NCBI GenBank assembly: GCA_017513325.1
Contig: JAFXGC010000182.1
Location: forward strand, 17,106 to 81,105
Source: Clostridia bacterium
GTDB lineage: Bacteria > Bacillota > Clostridia > Oscillospirales > CAG-272
Direction: 5' to 3'
DNA length: 64,000 bases
Part shown: positions 58,270-64,000 of the stretch, in pieces
Numbering within the stretch: position 1 is the stretch's first letter
How the letters are laid out: each line of letters starts with the position of its first letter
Position numbers and translations under genes: made by a program
Notes under the pieces: generated by a model
The model's input: the letters and a program-made list of their open reading frames with translations, nothing else
The model's database searches: none
Told to the model about the DNA's origin: nothing

Positions 58270-59025
58270 TTATTTCAGAACGTCGGAAAGCATTGTTTCC
58301 ATATTATAGAGACCGGGCTCACGGCCAATAATGTATTTTGCAGCAACGATTGCGCCGTCAGCAAAAACAGAACGGGATTCTGCCTGATGCTGCAAAGTGA
58401 GAGTCTGTGAATCTGTTGCGATTATAACCTGATGCATACCGGGATTATTGCCAAGACGGAGAGCGTGTATACCGATCTCATTCTTTTCTCTCTTGTGCAT
58501 ACCGTTTCTGCCATATACAAGTTCAGCCTCGGGGCGAACTTCGCAAAGCGCTTCTGCAAGCATTTTTGCAGTTCCGCTGGGAGCATCAGCTTTTCTGTTA
58601 TGATGAGCCTCAACTATTTCAATATCCGCATCGGGAAAAAGAGCTGCCGCTTTTTTAGCAAGGTTTACAAGCACTGCAACACCAAGGGAAAGATTAGCTG
58701 TGAAGAAAACAGGAATACTCTTTGCAGCCTCGGCAATAAGAGCTTTTTCCTCGTCCGTATGCCCTGTGGGAGCAATAACAACGGGAAGTCTTCTTGCAAC
58801 TGCATAGGAGATTATTTCATTTGTTGCGCTGTGGTGAGAAAAATCAATAACAACGTCAGCTTCGCCTGTGTAATCAGCAAGCTTTTTGTAGGGAACGGAA
58901 GCAACGTTTTTATCAACTGCTGCAGCAAGTATAGCATCGCCCTCTCCGTCAAGCAGGATCTCTTCAACCTCGCGGCCCATTCTGCCGCCTGCGCCGTTAA
59001 GAATAACATTTATCATAAAACTCAA
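58270..59025 (-). CDS. dapB: 4-hydroxy-tetrahydrodipicolinate reductase
   Basis: 251 aa with the N-terminal NAD(P) motif VILNGAGGRMG and the EAHHNRKADAPSGTA motif. Confidence 0.9.
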   Translation of the reverse strand: MSFMINVILNGAGGRMGREVEEILLDGEGDAILAAAVDKNVASVPYKKLADYTGEADVVIDFSHHSATNEIISYAVARRLPVVIAPTGHTDEEKALIAEAAKSIPVFFTANLSLGVAVLVNLAKKAAALFPDADIEIVEAHHNRKADAPSGTAKMLAEALCEVRPEAELVYGRNGMHKREKNEIGIHALRLGNNPGMHQVIIATDSQTLTLQHQAESRSVFADGAIVAAKYIIGREPGLYNMETMLSDVLK

Positions 59026-59031
59026 AACCTC

Positions 59032-59919
59032 TTATTTGATAAGTCCGTGGCCTCTCATAATTTCAAACATCTTTTCTGCCTTAGCTTCATCCATTTCTGT
59101 AAGGGGAAGGCGGAGATTGTTCTGACAAAAGCCCATTTTTGCCATAGCAGCCTTAACGGGAATGGGGTTTACTTCTGAGAACAGAGCGTCGATGAGGGAG
59201 TGGTATTTATACTGAAGCTTAGCTGCGCCTTCAATATCACCTGCAAAGTATTTTCTTGTGATCTCGCAAGTTTCTTTGGGCATAATGTTTGAAAGCACGG
59301 AGATCGCTCCGATACCGCCAAGTGACATAAGAGGAACGATCTGGTCATCGTTGCCGGAATAGAGATCGAGCTTATCGTGAACGTAGCTCATTGTTTCAAC
59401 GATCTTGGAAAGATTGCCGTTTGCTTCCTTGATACCAACGATGTTTTCGTGGTCAGCAAGAACCTTATATGTGGAAGGCTCGATATTAACGCCCGTTCTG
59501 GATGGAACGTTATAAAGGATAACGGGAGCAGTGGACATATCAGCAATGTCTGTGAACATATTGATAAGGCCCTTCTGTGTTGCCTTGTTATAATAAGGTG
59601 TTACAACGAGAACTGCATCAGCACCTGCTTCGCAAGCGCATCTTGTAAGGTCCTTTGCATAGCCTGTATCGTTTGAACCTGTGCCTGCAATGATCGGAAC
59701 TCTCTTTGCCGCTCTCTTTGCCGCAAATGCAATAGCATCTCTATGCTCATCGTCTGTGAGAGTGGATGCTTCGCCTGTTGTTCCGCAGATAACAAGGGCA
59801 TCGATGCCTGAATCTATCTGCCAATCAATAATATTGCCGAACTGCTCGTAGTCGATTCCTTCCTCGTTGAAGGGTGTAATGAGGGCGGTTGCAATACCGC
59901 GGAAAATAGTCTTTTTCAT
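59032..59919 (-). CDS. dapA: 4-hydroxy-tetrahydrodipicolinate synthase
   Basis: MKKTIFRGIATALITPF..., GTTGE, and YNVPSRTG with the active-site Lys region. I prefer ATG 59919 because the track's longer ORF runs into the riboswitch terminator. Confidence 0.9.
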   Translation of the reverse strand: MKKTIFRGIATALITPFNEEGIDYEQFGNIIDWQIDSGIDALVICGTTGEASTLTDDEHRDAIAFAAKRAAKRVPIIAGTGSNDTGYAKDLTRCACEAGADAVLVVTPYYNKATQKGLINMFTDIADMSTAPVILYNVPSRTGVNIEPSTYKVLADHENIVGIKEANGNLSKIVETMSYVHDKLDLYSGNDDQIVPLMSLGGIGAISVLSNIMPKETCEITRKYFAGDIEGAAKLQYKYHSLIDALFSEVNPIPVKAAMAKMGFCQNNLRLPLTEMDEAKAEKMFEIMRGHGLIK

Positions 59920-59945
59920 AGATAAAATACTCCTACAAATATAAA

Positions 59946-59967
59946 AAGTCGACCACGGTCGACCTTG
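59946..59967 (-). terminator. expression-platform terminator of the lysine riboswitch
   Basis: On the minus strand, GTCGACC-GT-GGTCGAC is followed by TTTTTAT, immediately upstream of the dapA RBS. Confidence 0.65.
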
Positions 59968-60003
59968 CAAAAAAGCTTTTGTCAATAAACAAAAAGGGCA
60001 TTT

Positions 60004-60172
60004 CACCCGGATAGCTCTCCGCAAAAGCGACAGTCGGAGTGATATTATTCACTCAAACCGGTTCAGCCCCGCACCAAAGGCTGCCCTCGGCACCTGCACC
60101 TTTAACTCAGGCAACGGGCGGTCACCCCTTTAACATCTGAGCTACTCATTGCAAAATGCACCTCTACCGTGT
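60004..60172 (-). promoter_or_regulatory. lysine riboswitch (L-box) controlling dapA-dapB-lysA
   Basis: The minus strand reads GGTAGAGGTGC...GAGTAGC...AAAGGGGTGACCGCC...GGTGCCGAGGG...GGGGCTGAAC...ACTGTCGC...GGAGAGCTATCCGGGTG. The order and spelling match conserved L-box segments. Confidence 0.85.
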
Positions 60173-60323
60173 AGCACAAGTATAGCACACCTTCAAAATC
60201 GTGTCAATATATATTTTTTATATGTAGATAATTTAAACGTTTATTTACCAAAACTATTGTAAAAATTATTTTTATGCTTTAAAATAAAATAAATAATACT
60301 GACCGAAAGGAAAGGTAAATTAT

Positions 60324-61457
60324 ATGAAATATATTGTTCCCGAAGCCGAACACGGCAGAGTTAACAATCTCAAAGACACTTGCTTTAAGTATAACGGATG
60401 GCCAAGCGTTTGCCGCGATGATCGCGGCGTTCTCTATGCTGTTGCATCCTCCATGCGTATGGCACACGTGGACCCCACGGGAAAGAACTGTATGTATATC
60501 AGCTTCAACGAAGGCAAAACATGGACTCCTCCCATCGTTGTAAACGATTCCTATGCTGACGACCGCGATATGGGTATCGTTTATCTGGGAAACGGAAAAA
60601 TGGTTATCAGCTGGTTCACTGAAGCACCTGAAGACTATATGGAGCCCATCCAGGGTTACGATTGGTTCCCTGCTCCCGATAAGGCTATTGCCGGCGGATT
60701 TACAAATGCTTGGAAGGCTCTCCCCGAAGACGTTTACAAATCCTGCAACGCAGCTTTTGTAAAAGTTTCCGAAGACTATGGCGTTACATGGACAGATCCT
60801 ATCAGAGTTCCCGTAACAGCGCCCCACGGCCCCTCCCTTTGCGCTGACGGCACTCTCGTTTATATGGGCAAGGAAATAGATCCCGATTATCTTGCTCCCA
60901 ATCCCATTCTCGTTTATTCCAGCCACGACGGCGGATACAACTGGGAATATACAGGCACAGTTCAGCCCGGTGAAGGATGCACAAACGAAAATATGCACGA
61001 GCCCCACGTTATAGAACTTCCTAACGGTCGTCTTCTGGGCGCTATCAGAGTTCACGGATTGATCGGCGACAGCACGGAATGTGCCGAAACAGTTTATACA
61101 ACATTCTCCGACGACAAGGGTAAAACCTGGTCCGATCCCGTTCCCACAGGAGTTGAAGGTCTTCCTCCTCACCTTATGGTGCACTCTAGCGGCGCAGTTA
61201 TCCTTTCCTACGGTTGCCGCGTGAACGGAAAGAGAGCAGAGAGAGCACTGGTTAGCTACGACAACGGTGAAACATGGACAGAAGACTATATGCTCAATGA
61301 CAAGCTTGACTTCTTCTGCGATATGGGTTACCCCTGCACAGTTGAGCTTTCCGACGGCTCACTTATGACAGTTTACTATCAGAAATGGCCCGGCGAATGG
61401 TGGACAAGCGTGCTCTACACCAAGTGGCGCCTTGGCGACAATACAGAAAACAATTAA
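60324..61457 (+). CDS. BNR/Asp-box repeat sialidase-family (GH33-like) protein, no signal peptide
   Basis: 377 aa with five Asp-box-like repeats: SFNEGKTW, SEDYGVTW, SHDGGYNW, SDDKGKTW and SYDNGETW. Confidence 0.75.
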   Translation: MKYIVPEAEHGRVNNLKDTCFKYNGWPSVCRDDRGVLYAVASSMRMAHVDPTGKNCMYISFNEGKTWTPPIVVNDSYADDRDMGIVYLGNGKMVISWFTEAPEDYMEPIQGYDWFPAPDKAIAGGFTNAWKALPEDVYKSCNAAFVKVSEDYGVTWTDPIRVPVTAPHGPSLCADGTLVYMGKEIDPDYLAPNPILVYSSHDGGYNWEYTGTVQPGEGCTNENMHEPHVIELPNGRLLGAIRVHGLIGDSTECAETVYTTFSDDKGKTWSDPVPTGVEGLPPHLMVHSSGAVILSYGCRVNGKRAERALVSYDNGETWTEDYMLNDKLDFFCDMGYPCTVELSDGSLMTVYYQKWPGEWWTSVLYTKWRLGDNTENN

Positions 61458-61490
61458 ATCAATACTTAATAAAAAGGATGGTATAAACCA

Positions 61491-62588
61491 ATGGCTAATA
61501 TTCTTATCAGCCCTTCCAAGTATGTGCAGGGCGCAGGCGAGCTTAAGAAGCTCGGTTCTTATGCTGAAAAATACGGCAAAAAAGCTCTTATAGTTATCAC
61601 AGCTTCCGGCTACAAAAGAGTAGGCGCAATGATCGAAGACAGCTTCAAGGAAACAGGCTGTGAGATCGTTTTTGATTATTTCAACGGCGAATGTTCCAAA
61701 ACAGAGATCAACCGCCTTGTAGCGATCGTAGAAGCTAACGGATGCGATATGGTTATCGGCGTTGGCGGCGGTAAGATCCTTGATACATGTAAAGCGGTTG
61801 CTTATTACAAAGCGATTCCCGTTCTTATCTGCCCCACAATCGCTTCAACCGACGCTCCCTGCAGCGCCCTCTCCGTTATCTACACAGACGAAGGCGTTTT
61901 CGAAGAATACCTTTTCCTCCCTGCAAACCCCAATATGGTTCTTATGGACACAGAGGTTATAACAAAATCTCCCGTTCGCCTCACAGTTTCCGGCATGGGT
62001 GACGCTCTTGCTACATATTTTGAGGCCAGAGCAACAAAGAACAGCGACGGAACAACATGCGCAGGCGGCAAGGTTACAACAGCTGCTATGGCACTTGCTG
62101 AGCTTTGCTTCAACACACTTATGGAAGAAGGCGTTAAGGCTAAGCTTGCCCTTGAAGCAGGCGTTTGCACAACTGCAGTTGAAAAGGTTATTGAAGCAAA
62201 CACACTTCTCAGCGGTATCGGCTTTGAAAGCGGCGGACTTGCAGGCGCGCACGCTATCCATAACGGCTTCACAGTTCTTGAAGAATGCCACCATATGTAC
62301 CACGGCGAAAAAGTTGCTTTCGGTACTATCACACAGCTTGTTCTTGAAAACGTTCCCGAAGAAGAACTTGTTGACGTTATCTCATGGTGCATTGAGCTTG
62401 GTCTTCCCGTAACACTGGCTGAGCTTGGTGCCGGCAACGTTACAGATGAACAACTTATGGAAGTTGCAAAGGCTGCTTCTGTGGAAAGCGAAACGATCCA
62501 TAATATGCCCTTCGAGGTTACTGCTGAAAAGGTATTTGCGGCAATCAAGGCTGCAGACGCTTACGGACGCTATTATCTTTGCGATTAA
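61491..62588 (+). CDS. gldA: glycerol dehydrogenase (iron-containing ADH family)
   Basis: 365 aa with GVGGGKILDTCKAVA, PTIASTDAP and metal-ligand His residues (HAIHNG, HGEKVAFG). Confidence 0.9.
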   Translation: MANILISPSKYVQGAGELKKLGSYAEKYGKKALIVITASGYKRVGAMIEDSFKETGCEIVFDYFNGECSKTEINRLVAIVEANGCDMVIGVGGGKILDTCKAVAYYKAIPVLICPTIASTDAPCSALSVIYTDEGVFEEYLFLPANPNMVLMDTEVITKSPVRLTVSGMGDALATYFEARATKNSDGTTCAGGKVTTAAMALAELCFNTLMEEGVKAKLALEAGVCTTAVEKVIEANTLLSGIGFESGGLAGAHAIHNGFTVLEECHHMYHGEKVAFGTITQLVLENVPEEELVDVISWCIELGLPVTLAELGAGNVTDEQLMEVAKAASVESETIHNMPFEVTAEKVFAAIKAADAYGRYYLCD

Positions 62589-62699
62589 TTCGAATATAAA
62601 CACCCGCAGACCAAAGAACAGGGTTGCTAAGGACAGTTATCTTTGATGAAAACGGAATTTGGCACACGAATTCCCTGCTTGTGACAGTATAAGACAAAA

Positions 62700-62748
62700 C
62701 TACCCGAAGAAGAGAAAACAAACCTCTTTTTCGGGTAGTAATTTTTAT
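62700..62748 (+). terminator. gldA terminator
   Basis: ctacccgaa (62700-62708) pairs with ttcgggtag (62730-62738), followed by a T-rich run. Confidence 0.55.
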
Positions 62749-62960
62749 ATAGTGATATTCTTTGCTGCGCAAAGAGTGATATGATTGCCAACGGCAATCG
62801 TGATATTAAAACCTGCGGTTTTAGTGATATTTTATTCGCCTTTTAAAACTCGCAAAGCGAATAACACTCGGCGTTAGCCGAATATCACTGCGTAGCAATA
62901 TCACTCGCCGCAAGGCGAATAAAACTGCCCAAGTGTTCTTAAGGACACTTGGGCAAAATC
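62747..62960 (+). repeat. phased 9-mer / variable-hairpin array, copy C (best-formed copy)
   Basis: GTGATAT starts at 62752, 62776, 62800 and 62824, exactly 24 bp apart. Each 17-nt interval is a different perfect hairpin. Reverse-complement cores are at 62861, 62882, 62898 and 62919. The closing hairpin spans 62926-62955. Confidence 0.9.
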
Positions 62961-62983
62961 TGCGGGTTTTGTTATATTTGAAA

Positions 62984-63817
62984 TCAAATCAATCTGAACT
63001 TTTTTGCAATCAACTCTCCATCAACTTTGATAAAGCTGCGAGGAGTTTCGTCCATACCTGCTTCTACAAGATGACCGTCTATAACAGTCTGCAGTGTGTG
63101 AGGAGGTTCAACAAGCATTTCAACCTGGGCATACACCCATCCGTTTATAATAAGCTGATTCATTCTTTTAACCCTGCGATAGCAGATGTGATATCCAAGG
63201 GAATCAGCTTCAAGCAAAACTCTGTGCTTAACATCCTCTTCTGCGCGGCAGATGGGCTGAGAATTTCTGATAGTTACATTGTCAGTTTCAACTTCGCCTT
63301 CTGCTTCAAGCTCATCATATGTTATGTAGTCTTTAACCTCAATGGGTTCCTTTTCTTCTTCAGGCGCATCCTTCAGTTGCTTTCCGCTTTTTACACCGAT
63401 AATGAGATAATAAAGCACCCAAACGTGGATCACTACGTCAAGAACACCGGAAAACTCTCCCGCCGCAAGATACATAAGGACCATTGATACCGTGTCTATA
63501 GCAAACATAACAAGCGCGCCTATCATCCAGCCAAAATGCCTTTTGCTCATAAACCAGCAAAGAAAATATATGAGCAAAATCGCAACGGCAAAACAAACGG
63601 AAACGGCTATCATTACATCTATCTGAGTGGCCATACCCACAACAACCGCAAAATAGGGAACCGTTGCTGAGAAAAGAAGCATATATTCTGCATTGGTGAA
63701 AAGAAAAACTATGTTCACCGCCGTGAGAATTATCATCAGAAGAAGGTTCGCCCTTGCGCTCTGATACTTGGTTTTCATAATGCCATGCTGAGAGTTGTTC
63801 GCATCACTTGTCATCAT
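62984..63817 (-). CDS. hypothetical membrane protein (4-5 TM N-domain plus soluble C-domain)
   Basis: 277-aa ORF with a hydrophobic N-terminal half, an acidic linker and a ~100-aa C-terminal domain. I recognise no family. Confidence 0.5.
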   Translation of the reverse strand: MMTSDANNSQHGIMKTKYQSARANLLLMIILTAVNIVFLFTNAEYMLLFSATVPYFAVVVGMATQIDVMIAVSVCFAVAILLIYFLCWFMSKRHFGWMIGALVMFAIDTVSMVLMYLAAGEFSGVLDVVIHVWVLYYLIIGVKSGKQLKDAPEEEKEPIEVKDYITYDELEAEGEVETDNVTIRNSQPICRAEEDVKHRVLLEADSLGYHICYRRVKRMNQLIINGWVYAQVEMLVEPPHTLQTVIDGHLVEAGMDETPRSFIKVDGELIAKKFRLI

Positions 63818-64000
63818 TATATCCTCCGATTTTTCCTTAATCTATTTTGACATATTTTCACTGATTTGTCAACAAGGGTTTGCTTTTGGAAAAATATGAC
63901 GCATTGCCACAGCAAAAGTTTGCCGCTAACTGTTGTAAAGCAAAAGATTTGCTGATATAATTATATTGACTAAATATGTGCGAGGTTTATTATGGACGCA

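Noticed and set aside
60279-61184. 301-aa minus-strand ORF
   Set aside because: It is antisense to the BNR-repeat gene, whose five Asp-boxes establish the plus-strand frame.
62589-62699. 110-nt gldA 3' region with a ggaatt...aattcc hairpin (62654-62675)
   Set aside because: It is a single short hairpin with no similarity to the repeat families and no recognisable motif. It is probably just 3' UTR.
62747-62960. CRISPR array interpretation of the 24-bp periodic repeats
   Set aside because: The repeat is only 7-9 bp. The intervals are 17-nt perfect palindromes rather than unique spacers, the motif flips orientation midway, and no cas genes are in the window.
63992-64000. Possible start of a plus-strand gene (ATGGACGCA) at the window edge
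   Set aside because: Only three codons are visible, so it cannot be supported.

Overview
The gene content suggests a chromosomal segment of a spore-forming Clostridia-type Firmicute, since spoIIE, abrB, jag and yidC are present. All names come from motif recognition by eye; no database search was run. Most of the window is housekeeping. It holds a partial pyrC and a complete minus-strand glycogen operon (glgB-glgC-glgD-glgA-glgP plus a GH13 enzyme). Next come a COG2984-type ABC importer with two tandem binding-protein paralogs and a cell-envelope/glycan group (DUF4091, csaB, esterase, amidase, GH2). After those are pfkA, abrB, spoIIE, uvrB, a probable 6S RNA and an sdpR/sdpI-like pair. The origin-type cluster rpmH-rnpA-yidD-yidC-jag-mnmE is present but has no dnaA or mnmG beside it. 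The remaining genes are alaS, a sortase with an ECF sigma/anti-sigma pair, rny, ogg, ygiQ, holA, glf, bioY, a DAHP synthase, a lysine-riboswitch-controlled dapA-dapB-lysA operon, a BNR/sialidase-like gene and gldA. The unusual material is non-coding. (1) Three copies (about 42.8, 56.6 and 62.8 kb) of a modular intergenic element I do not recognise. It consists of phased 9-mers (AGTGATRTT) separated by short hairpins whose sequences differ but which always pair, followed by the reverse-complement 9-mers. One copy carries a concerted A>G / T>C change on both arms. (2) A second family of roughly 170-280 bp nested-palindrome elements (15.5, 31.9 and 51.1 kb, plus a solo arm at 33.4 kb). (3) A 188-bp element with 46-bp terminal inverted repeats at 55.1-55.3 kb. 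Other points: alaS has an in-frame TGA 47 codons before its conserved C-terminus, there is a histidine-kinase gene remnant, and a CBS protein has a HEPN-like RNxxxH N-terminal domain. No CRISPR array, tRNA, rRNA, prophage or recognisable defence gene cluster was seen.
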